Below are positions 29,035-39,678 of a stretch of DNA of 64,000 nucleotides, in pieces. The position numbers and the translations under genes are program-made. This stretch comes from Candidatus Aminicenantes bacterium. Lineage in GTDB: Bacteria; Acidobacteriota; Aminicenantia; Aminicenantales; Saccharicenantaceae. The notes under the pieces were generated by a model that was given only the letters and a program-made list of their open reading frames with translations, searched no databases and was not told where the DNA came from. Numbering within the stretch: the stretch's first letter is position 1; every line of letters begins with the position of its first letter. The stretch is taken from the NCBI GenBank assembly GCA_963736255.1, contig CAVTOI010000003.1:1684400-1748399 (forward strand), read 5' to 3'.

Positions 29035-31386
29035 CTATCTCTCGATGGCCTCGACGGCCCCCATGAGCTTCACCGTCCCTTTGATAACGGGACCGTCCCC
29101 GGCGAACCTGGCCTCGATAGCGACCGAATGTTTCCCTTTCTTCAGGAGCGGCAGGCCCGTACCGATGGATACGTCCTCGATCTTCCGGCCCTTCTCGTCG
29201 TAAATGATCATACGATCCGATCCGTCCCAGACCAGGGATTGCCCCTTGTTCAGCGTCGCAGGGACACTGATCTTGAAGAAGCGATCGACCTCGATCTCGA
29301 TCCTTTGGGCTTGAGAATCTGCCCCTCCCGTCAGCAGGAGATGGAGGTGCAGAGGCTGAGGGCCGGAGGCGTTCTCGAAGGGCCATTCCGATTGGGCCGG
29401 CTGTCCCGGCTGCAGGACTTTTCTGGTGTGCTCGAAGCGGAATTGCTCGTAACTCTGCAGGGTCCACCGGTTCTTTTCATGCCTCTCAAGGTGGAAGTCC
29501 TTCTCGGGATCTTTCAGCCGGGTCCTCTGTTCGTCGCTGAAGATGCCCAGCCGCTTGGCCTCTTCCCAAGTCCTGATGGAGGCGATGATGGCGTCCGTGT
29601 CGGGGTTCTTCTCGAAGGCCTCGGGATCGGCGACGAAAGCGTAGCCGGCCCGATAGCCCGCGGCCCGGGCCAGCATCCATTCGATGTCCTCGAGCCGTGT
29701 GTCGGGCGTCATGAGGAACCAGCCGAGCATGTTGGGCAGGTAGTTGCGCTCGAGGAACGGCTGGTGCTTGAACCGCTGCTCGGACTGGCTCTCCCGGAAG
29801 CTCGCGTACCACGGCTCGCCCCAGTTGATATAGCTGTTGGCATGCCAATAGAAGTGACCGATGTTGCTCGAGCCGTTGACGACCAGGTGATCGACCTGTG
29901 ACAGGAAGGCCTCGACGAAATGATCGTGGCCGTAGTCTCCACGGCCCAGGTAGCAGGTTCCCTCGTGGCCGTCGAAGTCCATGTGGGAGACCCCGGTCTC
30001 GTTGAAGAGTGCGGCCAGGTTCCGGATGAGCTCCTCCTGCATGGGCCAATCGGGGAACAAGGTCTTGTACGGGTGATCCATGAGCTTCTTGGCCGGGTCG
30101 CCCTTGGCGTGGGCCGCCGCGGCTGTCCCGAAAGCCCCCCGGACGCAGTTCGTCAGGGCCCAGGGCCCGCTCCCGGTCACGTCCTGATAACGGATGATCT
30201 CGGCGCCGATAAGCAGGCTGCTGAGGGTCGATCCCTGCCGGAAATAATCTTCGCGGTCCACGACGATCTCGGTCGCCGCGGCGTCGATGTCCTTCTGAAG
30301 CGTGGCGATACCCGCGGCCATCAGCCCCTTGTTGGCCGTGGTCGTCACGAAGGGGTCGTTCGTGGTGATGAAATTCGTCAGCGTATGGACCCCTATCCGG
30401 ATGCCCTTGGCCCGGGCCTTGTCCACGCATAGCTTCATCCCGGCCCTGCCGTTGGGGAACAGGTCCTCCATGAGGTCGAAGTGGCCCCAGGTCTTGAACG
30501 GTCCGCTATGGTAGAGCGAATAAAATCCCAGGCGCCGGGCATATTCCAGCATCTCGTCGACATTCTTTTCGCCGAAATTGGCGATGAGATAGGGCCGGCC
30601 CGTCGCGCCGGAGGTCTTGATCCATTCACCGTCGATCATGGGGTGCGGCAGGCCTTCGGCCAGCTCGATCCTGCCGATCAAGGGCAGCGCGTCGGCCGGA
30701 GCGGAGCCGAAAACGGCCAGGGCGCTCCCCTCCAGGCTGAATCCAGGCAAGGCCTTGACCGGCACTTTCTTGTGCTGCTGCCAGACCGTCATGACCCGGT
30801 CCCTGGCCTGGTTGACGCAGAAGGCCTGGAGGCTCGAGCCGGACCCCTCCTTGGTGGCCGTTGTCATTCCCCCCGTCGTGCCTTCCTCGTTGACCAGCCT
30901 GCCGCCGCACGTTTTCGAATTCAGGGTCTGGATGCCGATGGCGAAATCGGCGTTCCGGACGACTCCGACCACCTCTCCGACGGTCTCGTCGATCGTCGTC
31001 AAGATCGGGCCCCACAAGACCGCGTCGATCTTCTCGGGGTAGGCCACGTCGATTAGCTCAAAACGCAGGTATTCGGGCTTCTGGGCGGCCCGGACCGTGA
31101 GCTCGATCCCGCCATCAAAAGCGAAGGTCAACAGGCCTTTTGTGGCTTTGAACGCCGTCGGCAGGATCTCGGCGCCACCGATGCTCTTGACCCGGACGAG
31201 ATAACCGGGATGGCCATCGGGCGCGTAGTTCCGCTGGCCCTTCAGATCGGCCAGCTTGACGATCTCTCCGCGGCCGTTGATCTCCATGGCGAAACCCGGC
31301 GTCGTGTAGACATGCTGGGCCTGCGCGGCAGCGCTCAGGCCAAGGCCGCAGATGATGGCGATGAGCTGTTTTCTTCTCACGTTCAT
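29035..31386 (-). CDS. large secreted protein of unknown function, possibly a glycoside-hydrolase-like TIM barrel
   Basis: Signal peptide MNVRRKQLIAIICGLGLSAAAQA; 783 aa; it sits in a glycan-degradation neighbourhood. Confidence 0.65.
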   Translation of the reverse strand: MNVRRKQLIAIICGLGLSAAAQAQHVYTTPGFAMEINGRGEIVKLADLKGQRNYAPDGHPGYLVRVKSIGGAEILPTAFKATKGLLTFAFDGGIELTVRAAQKPEYLRFELIDVAYPEKIDAVLWGPILTTIDETVGEVVGVVRNADFAIGIQTLNSKTCGGRLVNEEGTTGGMTTATKEGSGSSLQAFCVNQARDRVMTVWQQHKKVPVKALPGFSLEGSALAVFGSAPADALPLIGRIELAEGLPHPMIDGEWIKTSGATGRPYLIANFGEKNVDEMLEYARRLGFYSLYHSGPFKTWGHFDLMEDLFPNGRAGMKLCVDKARAKGIRIGVHTLTNFITTNDPFVTTTANKGLMAAGIATLQKDIDAAATEIVVDREDYFRQGSTLSSLLIGAEIIRYQDVTGSGPWALTNCVRGAFGTAAAAHAKGDPAKKLMDHPYKTLFPDWPMQEELIRNLAALFNETGVSHMDFDGHEGTCYLGRGDYGHDHFVEAFLSQVDHLVVNGSSNIGHFYWHANSYINWGEPWYASFRESQSEQRFKHQPFLERNYLPNMLGWFLMTPDTRLEDIEWMLARAAGYRAGYAFVADPEAFEKNPDTDAIIASIRTWEEAKRLGIFSDEQRTRLKDPEKDFHLERHEKNRWTLQSYEQFRFEHTRKVLQPGQPAQSEWPFENASGPQPLHLHLLLTGGADSQAQRIEIEVDRFFKISVPATLNKGQSLVWDGSDRMIIYDEKGRKIEDVSIGTGLPLLKKGKHSVAIEARFAGDGPVIKGTVKLMGAVEAIER

Positions 31387-31531
31387 GTTCCTCGGACTCC
31401 CGGCCTGACCGCTCGTTTTGCGGCCTTCGGCCTTTCGTTCCGTCCGTGATGTTATCATAATCGCCCCGGCTGTCCGGACCCCTTTTTTGACAAGGATTTT
31501 CGTTCTGAATTATCATAGGCCCCGATCGATC

Positions 31532-32719
31532 ATGGATATCAACGCCAGAATCGCCAAGGCCGTCGAAGATCGCCGGACCGAGATCCTCGAGCTGAGCCGC
31601 AAGATCCACGCCGACCCCGAGCTTGCCTTCGAAGAGGTACGGACATCGCGCCTGCTCCAAGCGGTCCTTCTGGCCGAGGGCTTCGACCTCTCCCCCGCCT
31701 CCGAAGGGCTGCCGACCTCGTTCCGGGCCGTATTCGGTCCCTCTCCAAACGGTCCCCGGGTGACGTTCACGGCCGAGATGGACGCTCTCCCTGGCCTGGG
31801 GCACGCCTGCGGCCACAACATCATCGGCACGGCCGGGACCTATGCCGCCATCGTCCTGAAATCCGTCCTGGGTTGCGATATCCCCGGGACGATCGAGGTC
31901 GTCGGGACTCCGGCCGAGGAGCGCGGCAGCGGCAAGGTCCGCATGATCCAGGACGGGATCTTCTCCCGATCGGACGTCGTTCTCCAGATCCACCCCCACT
32001 CGATAGACACCGTCATCGGCCAGGCGCTGGCCCGGCGCTCGCTCATCGTCGAGTTCTTCGGCCAGAAGGCCCACGCCGCGGCCGCGCCCCTCCAGGGCCG
32101 GAACGCCCTCGACGCCCTGGTCCTCTTCTATCATTCGGCCGCCCTGCCGCGGACAAAATTCCCGGCGGGAACCCTCTTTCACGGCATCATCGAATCGGGC
32201 GGCGAGGCGCCGAACATCATCCCGGATTACGCCCGCGGCCGGTTCTCCCTTCGCTCCGACACCATGTCCAAGCTCGGGAGCCTCGTCGCCGAGGTCAGGC
32301 GCCTCGCCGAAAGGGCCGCTGAAGAAACCGGATGTCGAGCCAAGATCAGCGAGCCCGGGCCCGGGGTAACGACCTTCCGCCGCAACCGTGTCCTCGAAGA
32401 GATCTTCGCCCCGCTGTTCGTGGAACGGGGCCGGTCCGATCCGGCAAAAGTCCGGGAGACCTACGGCTCGACGGATCTGGCCAATGTCTCCTGGGTCGTC
32501 CCGACGATCGAGCCGATGATCAAGGCCAGCGACTTCCCCATCCACACCGAGGGCTTCGCCCGCGATGCCATAGCGGCCGGCGGCGAGAAGGCCCTCCTCG
32601 ACGGCGTCTACTTCCTGGCCGCCGCGGCGGCCCGCATCCTGACCGGGCCCCCCCTCCTCGAGCGCGTCCGCGCGGATTTCCGGGCCAAGGTAGAGGACGC
32701 CCCGGAAGGGACCGCCTGA
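31532..32719 (+). CDS. M20-family amidohydrolase/peptidase (M20D, aminoacylase or hippurate-hydrolase-like)
   Basis: MDINARIAKAV...; metal ligands HACGHN...E..G; a TTGACA promoter-like box at 31487. Confidence 0.85.
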   Translation: MDINARIAKAVEDRRTEILELSRKIHADPELAFEEVRTSRLLQAVLLAEGFDLSPASEGLPTSFRAVFGPSPNGPRVTFTAEMDALPGLGHACGHNIIGTAGTYAAIVLKSVLGCDIPGTIEVVGTPAEERGSGKVRMIQDGIFSRSDVVLQIHPHSIDTVIGQALARRSLIVEFFGQKAHAAAAPLQGRNALDALVLFYHSAALPRTKFPAGTLFHGIIESGGEAPNIIPDYARGRFSLRSDTMSKLGSLVAEVRRLAERAAEETGCRAKISEPGPGVTTFRRNRVLEEIFAPLFVERGRSDPAKVRETYGSTDLANVSWVVPTIEPMIKASDFPIHTEGFARDAIAAGGEKALLDGVYFLAAAAARILTGPPLLERVRADFRAKVEDAPEGTA

Positions 32720-32732
32720 GGCCTCCGTCCCC

Positions 32733-33650
32733 ATGAGAAGCCTCCTCGATTTCGGCAGGAAGTCCGGCGCGGTCACCGTCGTGATCACGGATTCGGGCCT
32801 CGGCGGCCTCCTCGTCTGCGCCGACCTCGACCGCCGGCTGCGGGAGACCGCCGGGGAAGGCAGCGTCCGCCTCATCTACGTCAACGCCTGGCCTGACGCC
32901 CACCATGGCTACAACGACCTGCCCGATCTCGCCGCACGCGCCGCGGTCTTCGACGGGGCGCTGGCCGCGATGACGGCCTTTCATCCCGACTTCGTCCTCA
33001 TCGCCTGCAACACGCTGTCGGTGATCTACGAGGCCACGGCCTTCAGCCGGGCCCCCGGCGTCCCCGTGACAGGCATTCTGGAAGCCGGCACCGAGCTTTT
33101 CTTCGAGGCCCTGGCCCGGGACCCCGATGGCGTCCTGGCACTGTTCGGGACACGGACGACCATCGGTTCGGGCGAGCACGTCCGGAGGCTGGCCGAGAGG
33201 GGTATCGAGCCGAAGCGGATCGTCGCCGAGCCGTGCCACGGCCTGGCCGCGGTCATCGACAAGGACCCCGATTCTCCGCTGATCCCGGGCCTCGTCGATG
33301 AGTGCGTCCTTCGGGCCGCGCCGAGGCTCCCGACCGCGGCGCTACTCTATGCCGGGCTCGCCTGCACCCATTACGCCTACGTCGCCGAGGCATTCCGGAC
33401 GGCGCTTTGCCGGCACACCGGAGCGGAGATCGAGATCCTCGACCCCGGCCGGCGTCTTGTCGAAGTCCTCATGAGTGGGATCGGCCATCGGCGGACTGTC
33501 AGCGGAGACAGGGACATCGCCGTCGAGGTCGTCTCCAAAGTCGATCTGCCGGAGGCCCAACGGCAGGCCGTGGCGCGGCGCATCGAACCCGTCTCGGCCA
33601 CGACGGCCCGCGCCTTGCTCGAATACCGCCGGATACACGATCTTTTCTGA
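32733..33650 (+). CDS. Asp/Glu racemase-family protein (MurI-like glutamate racemase paralogue)
   Basis: DSGLGGL N-motif with paired catalytic Cys motifs ACNTLS and ACTHY. Confidence 0.75.
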   Translation: MRSLLDFGRKSGAVTVVITDSGLGGLLVCADLDRRLRETAGEGSVRLIYVNAWPDAHHGYNDLPDLAARAAVFDGALAAMTAFHPDFVLIACNTLSVIYEATAFSRAPGVPVTGILEAGTELFFEALARDPDGVLALFGTRTTIGSGEHVRRLAERGIEPKRIVAEPCHGLAAVIDKDPDSPLIPGLVDECVLRAAPRLPTAALLYAGLACTHYAYVAEAFRTALCRHTGAEIEILDPGRRLVEVLMSGIGHRRTVSGDRDIAVEVVSKVDLPEAQRQAVARRIEPVSATTARALLEYRRIHDLF

Positions 33651-33662
33651 GGGAGAACCGCC

Positions 33663-34646
33663 ATGAAGATACTGCTCCTGACCGGCCCCGGCGGCGACGC
33701 CCAGGGCTGGGGCGACATGAAGGTCACCGAATCCATGCGCGAGGCCACGGAATCCCTCGGCCACCCGACCCGGATCGCCCAAGTCGCCGACGAAGCGGAG
33801 TTATTCCGCCTCGTCGACAAGCCCGATTTCGACATCGTCTGGAGCGCCCTCTACCACATCACGACGAACGAAGCGTTCATCGGACGGAACGCCGCCGGGA
33901 CCTGGGTCGCCGACGTTCTCGACGAAAGACAGATCCCCTACATCGGCTCGAACAGCCGGACGATGCGGGCCATGATCGACAAATTCGAGACCCACGAGAT
34001 CCTGGCCGCGGGGGGGGTCGCCGTCCCGGCGCACGTCCTCCTCCATTCGGGCGACGACGTTTCGATGGTCACCTATCCCGCCTTCGTCAAGCCGATCTGC
34101 GAATCGCGGTCGGTCGGCATCTCCGACGAAAGCGTCGTGCACAACGAGGAGGAGCTGAGGCGGCGCGTCGCCTTCATCGAGAAGGAGTTCGACGAGCCGG
34201 CCCTGGTCGAGGAGTTCCTCCCGGGCGACGAATACACGGCCCTCATCGTCGGGAACGGCAAGACCCGAGAGTGCCTGCCCGGCCTGGTCACGGTCGAGGA
34301 CACGCACTACAGGAATTATCGCATCCTGCGGAGCGACCTCAGGGGCGTCGGCCTGACGAGGATCAGCCTGGCCGGGGCGAGAACGGATGAAGCCCGGATT
34401 CTCGGCGACGCGGCGGCCGAGGCCATGGGCTGCCTCGACCACGTCCGCATCGACATGCGCGTCGACCGGACCGGGAAGCTTCGCATCATCGAGGTCAACG
34501 GCATCCCCGGGCTCAAGCCCCACAAGAGCTGGGCGCCGCAGATCTACACGCTCTACCACGGCTCGCCGCTCGGCGAGGGTGAGGATTACCGGCAACTCAT
34601 CGGCGCGATCGTCGATTCGGCCGGCCGGCGCTACGGGTTCGCCTAG
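33663..34646 (+). CDS. ATP-grasp ligase, D-Ala-D-Ala-ligase-like
   Basis: Ddl-like N-domain; ATP-grasp core EEFLPGDEYTALIVG ... IEVNGIPG. Confidence 0.75.
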   Translation: MKILLLTGPGGDAQGWGDMKVTESMREATESLGHPTRIAQVADEAELFRLVDKPDFDIVWSALYHITTNEAFIGRNAAGTWVADVLDERQIPYIGSNSRTMRAMIDKFETHEILAAGGVAVPAHVLLHSGDDVSMVTYPAFVKPICESRSVGISDESVVHNEEELRRRVAFIEKEFDEPALVEEFLPGDEYTALIVGNGKTRECLPGLVTVEDTHYRNYRILRSDLRGVGLTRISLAGARTDEARILGDAAAEAMGCLDHVRIDMRVDRTGKLRIIEVNGIPGLKPHKSWAPQIYTLYHGSPLGEGEDYRQLIGAIVDSAGRRYGFA

Positions 34647-34650
34647 GCCG

Positions 34651-35823
34651 TCAGTTAGCCTTCGGCGTGAGCGGCTTCGTGAGCCACTCGTCGATGAGGC
34701 GGGTCCAGGCCGGCCGCGCGGGGGCCGGTTTCTCGGACATGAACCGCGTCAGGGCGTCGCGCCAGAGCTCGGCGTGCTGCAGGGTCGTGATGCGGTTGCG
34801 GAACATGGCCGCGCCCTTCCGGGGCTCCGAATCCATCTTTTCGAGGATACCGAGGACCTCCTTCTTGAAACCCTCGGGGCCGTAATAGGCAAGATAGGCC
34901 TGCCAGGACTCGGCGACCCCGCGCGCGGTCTTGAGCGGACCGGAAACGCGGCGGAGCGCCTCGCGGAACGAGCGCTCCTCTCCCCTGTCGAGCGGACGGA
35001 GCCCGTTCTCGGCGATGCGATAGGGATGGATCCTGTAAGAGGCCAGACAGCCGGCGCGCACGTCGAGCGAGAGGCAGAACCCGGTCCGGCGGTACTGGAG
35101 CTCGGGCGGCTGGAAGAAGGCGAAGTTCCCCAGGCTGTAGGCGATGAGCCGGCCGCGGCGCATTTCCAGGCCCTGAGGAACATGCGGGTGATGGCCGACG
35201 ACGCAGTCGGCACCGGCGTCCGAGAGGGCCCGGAAGGCCGCGACGACATAAGGCGGCGGGAACGGGACGTACTCGAGACCCGCATGCCCTATGGCGATGA
35301 CGAAGTCGCCCCGTTTCTTGGCCTTGCGGATGAGGTGGGCCAGCCGATCGATCTCCCAGCCGCAGACGCCCGGCCCCCCCGCGGACGCCGTGAGGTCCTC
35401 GCCTTCGCCGAAATTGACGATGGTGAGGCGCGCACCCTTGACGGTCAGTCTCAGCGGGGCTGTGGCCTCCTCGAACGTCATCCCCGCACCGATCGTTCTT
35501 ATCCCATTCCGGCGCAGGACCTCGAGCGTCTCCCGGAATCCGGCCAGGCCATAATCGAAGACATGGTTGTTGGCGAGCGTCGCCACCTCGAACGGGACCG
35601 CAGCGAGAGCCGCGGCGTGGGCCGGGAGCCCCTTGAAGACGGCGCCGCTCTTCCAGACGGGCTTGCGGGCCGCCGTCAGGGCGCATTCGCAGTTGACGAT
35701 CCTGAGGTCGGCGGCGCGAAGGATCGGGAGCACGTCGCCGTAGACAGACTCCGGTTCCCGGGATATGACGGGTTCGAGGGCCCGGATAGGCGCCCAATCC
35801 GAAGCGACAAGGATCCTGGTCAT
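34651..35823 (-). CDS. CapA-family metallophosphatase (poly-gamma-glutamate biosynthesis accessory protein family)
   Basis: MTRILVASDWAPIR... calcineurin-like motifs GNHVFDYG...GHHPH. Confidence 0.8.
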   Translation of the reverse strand: MTRILVASDWAPIRALEPVISREPESVYGDVLPILRAADLRIVNCECALTAARKPVWKSGAVFKGLPAHAAALAAVPFEVATLANNHVFDYGLAGFRETLEVLRRNGIRTIGAGMTFEEATAPLRLTVKGARLTIVNFGEGEDLTASAGGPGVCGWEIDRLAHLIRKAKKRGDFVIAIGHAGLEYVPFPPPYVVAAFRALSDAGADCVVGHHPHVPQGLEMRRGRLIAYSLGNFAFFQPPELQYRRTGFCLSLDVRAGCLASYRIHPYRIAENGLRPLDRGEERSFREALRRVSGPLKTARGVAESWQAYLAYYGPEGFKKEVLGILEKMDSEPRKGAAMFRNRITTLQHAELWRDALTRFMSEKPAPARPAWTRLIDEWLTKPLTPKAN

Positions 35824-35824
35824 G

Positions 35825-37126
35825 CTATTTCATGAGCTCCGCAATTCGCTTGGCATGATCGCCGATGACGGCCAGGGTCGAGGCATCGGCGTCATAGACC
35901 GAGTACCAGCCGGCGGGTTCGTGCGGCGGGTCCCCGACCCACGTCATACCCGGCCTGGCTTCGCCTGCCCAGGCCCAAAAGTTGTCCCCCATCGCCGGGC
36001 CGCCTGACGCGATCGAGTCCATGACGAGCTTGTAGAGGGCCGCATAATAGAGATCCTTATTCGTCGTCGGCGAGGCGGGGTCGAGGTTGTTCTTGCGGGG
36101 CAGCCACTCGCGGGCCAGGCCGAACTCCTCGAGGACGAGGGGTTTCCCCATACCCTTCGCTTCCCTGGCGTGCTCCAGGAAATAGGCGATGGCCAGCGGC
36201 TCGGCGGCCTTGTAGGTCGCGGGGCGCTTCGGATCGTACCAGCCCCAGTTCTGGGGCCAGATGTGGATGGTGACGTAATCGATGCCGGGAGAGCTATGGG
36301 TCCGGACGAAATCCTGCGTCGGCTCGCCGGGCGGCTTGCCCTCCGAGCCCGTCGTCACCATGTGGTTCGGGTCGAGGGACTTGATGTAGGCGGCCGTGTC
36401 GTCGATCCAGCTCTGGGGGTAACGCCGCGGCTCGTTCCCAAGCTCCCATGAGAAGACGGCCGGATCGTCGCGGTATTTGACGCGGGTATAAGGATTGGTC
36501 CGGCCGGTGATCATGGCGATGTGGTCCCGGAACCAGTCCTGGCACTCCGGGTAGGTATAGAACTTCGCCGCATAGGTGATGAATTTCTCGTAATCCCCGG
36601 GATACGGGATGGGCGTCTTCTCGCGCCAGGAGACGTACTGGGCCATGCCGCCCGACCACTGCCAGAAGTTGTTAAGGACCATGACCGCGCGCATCCCTCG
36701 CTTGCCCATCTCGGCCAGCAGGAAGTCGAGGCCGTCGAGGACGCTGCCGTCGTATTCTCCCGGGGACGTCATCAGGGCCGGGACCGTCCGGTAAGGCTCG
36801 GTATTTGGGCCCTCGGAGGAAGCCATGACGCGGAGATTGGTCAGGCCGAGGTCGCGCATACGGTCGAGCTCCCGCAGGAGCCGGGCCCTGTCGCCGCTCT
36901 CGCCGTCGACGCCGAGGTTCATCCCCTGCCAGAAGTTGGCCCCGACGAAGTAATAGGGTTTTCCGGCCAGCACGAATCGGCCGTCCTTGACAGTCACGAA
37001 CGAGGCGGCGGCCGGAGCGTCCGTGCCCGGCTCCTGGCCCTTGGCCGCGGGACCCTGGTCCCGGTCGCCCCGGCAGCCCCAGGCGGCCAGGCTGAACAGA
37101 AGAACGAGGAGGACTGTCTTGCGCAT
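35825..37126 (-). CDS. glycoside hydrolase family 5 lipoprotein (mannanase-like)
   Basis: Lipobox AAWGC; GH5 catalytic motifs WELGNEPR and LEEFG. Confidence 0.8.
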   Translation of the reverse strand: MRKTVLLVLLFSLAAWGCRGDRDQGPAAKGQEPGTDAPAAASFVTVKDGRFVLAGKPYYFVGANFWQGMNLGVDGESGDRARLLRELDRMRDLGLTNLRVMASSEGPNTEPYRTVPALMTSPGEYDGSVLDGLDFLLAEMGKRGMRAVMVLNNFWQWSGGMAQYVSWREKTPIPYPGDYEKFITYAAKFYTYPECQDWFRDHIAMITGRTNPYTRVKYRDDPAVFSWELGNEPRRYPQSWIDDTAAYIKSLDPNHMVTTGSEGKPPGEPTQDFVRTHSSPGIDYVTIHIWPQNWGWYDPKRPATYKAAEPLAIAYFLEHAREAKGMGKPLVLEEFGLAREWLPRKNNLDPASPTTNKDLYYAALYKLVMDSIASGGPAMGDNFWAWAGEARPGMTWVGDPPHEPAGWYSVYDADASTLAVIGDHAKRIAELMK

Positions 37127-37268
37127 GGCGTTTGCTCCCTCCGCGGTCGGATGCCGGAATCATAGACCGCGGCCGAGGAGACTGTCAACCCGATCACGGC
37201 CTTGACTTGGGTCCGGGGGGCCGATACTATCGCGTTGTCCGCATCGAAATCCGCCAAGGAGGCCCTCC

Positions 37269-39678
37269 GTGAATAAAGCCGGAATAGCCCGCGTATCGCT
37301 CTTGGTCGTGATCTTAATGGTTGTCTTGGCTGCGGCCGGTTGCTCCACCGCCGCGTCAACGGGACGCAAGACGACCGGCCCGGAGGTCGTCCCGGCCCCG
37401 GTACGCCTCGAAACCCGCCCGGGGACCTTCGCTCTCGGGCCGTCGACGCGGATCGTCATCCTCGAAAGCCAGGTCGATCTCCTGCCCGTGGCCTCCGCCC
37501 TCAAAGACATGCTCCGTCGTCCGACCGGATACGACTTCGGCATCGATGTCTCGACCGAGCTCGCCGGAGAGATACCGATCGCGGCGGGCTCCATCATCCT
37601 CCACCTCGAGGACCTGGGAGACCGTCTGGGAGACGAAGGCTACCTCCTGGACATTGAGACGGACAAGATCCGGATCCGGGGCGCCGCCCCCGCCGGGATC
37701 TTCTACGGCGTCCAGACCCTCCGTCAGCTCCTGCCCGCCGCGATCGAGGGCGCGGCGGGGGCCGCGGCGACGCCGGCCTGGACGGTCCCGTGTGTCAGCG
37801 TCGAGGACAAGCCGCGGTTCTCCTGGCGGGGAGGGATGCTCGACTGCTCGAGGCATTTCTTCCCCAAGGAATTCGTCAAGCGCTGGATCGACATCCTGGC
37901 CATGCACAAGCTGAACACCTTCCACTGGCATCTGACCGACGACCAGGGTTGGCGCATCGAGATCAAGAAATATCCGAAGCTGACCGAGATCGGCGCCTGG
38001 CGCGTCGACCGTGAGGACCAGCACTGGAACGCCCGGGAGCCTCAGCAGCCGGGCGAGGCCGCGACCTACGGCGGCTTCTACACCCAGGACGACATCCGCG
38101 AGATCGTCGCCTACGCCGCGGCCCGCTACGTGACCGTCGTGCCCGAGATCGAGATGCCCGGTCATGCCAAGGCGGCCCTGGCGGCCTATCCGGAATTCTC
38201 GTGCACTGGCGGACCCTTCACCGTCACGCCGGGCGGCTACTGGCCCATCACGGACATCTTCTGCCCCGGCAACGAGGGCACGTTCGCGTTCCTGGAAAAC
38301 GTACTGGCCGAGGTCGGTCGAGCTTTTCCCGGGCTCATTCATCCACATCGGCGGCGACGAGGCCAACAAGACCGAGTGGAAGCGCTGCCCCCAGTGCCAG
38401 GCCCGGATCAAGGCCGAGGGGCTCAAGGACGAAAGCGAGCTCCAGAGCTATTTCGTCCGGCGGATCGAGAAGATCCTCAACGCCAAGGGCCGGCGTCTCA
38501 TCGGCTGGGACGAGATCCTCGAGGGCGGCTTGGCCCCCCAGGCGACGGTCATGTCCTGGCGCGGCACTGAAGGCGGCATCGCCGCGGCCAAGGCCGGGCA
38601 TGACGTCGTCATGTCGCCGACCTCCCACTGCTACATCGATTACTATCAAGGGAACCCGGCCTATGAGCCCCCGGCCATCGGCGGCTACCTCCCCCTCAGC
38701 AAGGTTTATTCCTTGGAGCCCGTACCCGATGTCCTGACCGAGGCGGAAGCGGCCCACATCCTGGGCGCTCAGGTCAATCTCTGGACCGAGTATGTGCCGG
38801 ACGGGAAGCACGCCGAGTACATGGCCCTGCCCCGCCTGGCCGCCCTGTCCGAGGCGGTCTGGTCGCCGAAGAGTGCGACGGGACTGGAACAGATTCTCAG
38901 CCGGCGTCCAAGGGCTCCTCGCCCGCTATCAGGCCGCCGGCCTGAACTTCGCCCGGAGCGCCTATCTCGTCGGCATCCGAGCCGCCGTGTCGCCCGGCTC
39001 GAAACAGGCCACCATGACGCTCGAGACCGAGATCCCGGGGCTCGACATCCGCTATACGACGAACGGCACCGATCCCGGTCCCTCTTCGAAGCGCTATAAG
39101 AAGCCCATTGTGCTCAGGAAGACGACCGAGATCCGGGCGGCGGCCTTCGACGGGACCGAGCGTCTGAGCCCGGCCGTCGTGACCGAGCGCTTCGTCGTCC
39201 ATGCCGCCTCTGGCCGCACGCCGGTGCTGACAGCGCCGTTCAGCCCGGACCGCGCGGGCGGCGGCGACACCGCCCTCACGGACGGCCTCCTCGGATCGCG
39301 GAATTCCGAGGACGGACGCTGGCAGGGCTTCGAGGGCGTCGACCTCGACGCCGTCGATCGATCTCGGCGCGCCTCGGTCCGTGCGCACGATCGCCGTGAG
39401 GTGCCTGCAGAACATCAACTCATGGATCTTCCTGCCGGCGTCGGTCGAATTCGCCGTCTCTTCCGACGGCCTGACCTACGAGACCGTGGCCGAGGTCAGG
39501 AACGACGTCTCGCCTCGCCTGGCCGAAGCGGTCATCAAGGGATTCGAGGCCGCGCTTCGAGGCGCGCCAGGCCCGATACGTCCGGGTCCGGGCCAAGACC
39601 ATCGGCGCCGTCCCCGACTGGCATTACGGGGCGGGCGGCAAGTCCTGGCTCTTCGCCGACGAGATCGTCGTCGAATAG
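37269..39678 (+). pseudogene. GH20 beta-N-acetylhexosaminidase lipoprotein gene broken by at least four +1 frameshifts
   Basis: Frame 0 runs to ...ENVLAEV at ~38318 (extra G in GAGGTCGGTCGAG). It continues in frame 1 (ELFPGSFIHIGGDE...AVWSPK), frame 2 (DWNRFSAGVQGLL...) and frame 0 (RTIAVRCLQNINSW...), with a further shift at ~39555 before a discoidin-like end ...YVRVRAKTIGAVPDWHYGAGGKSWLFADEIVVE*. Confidence 0.75.
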
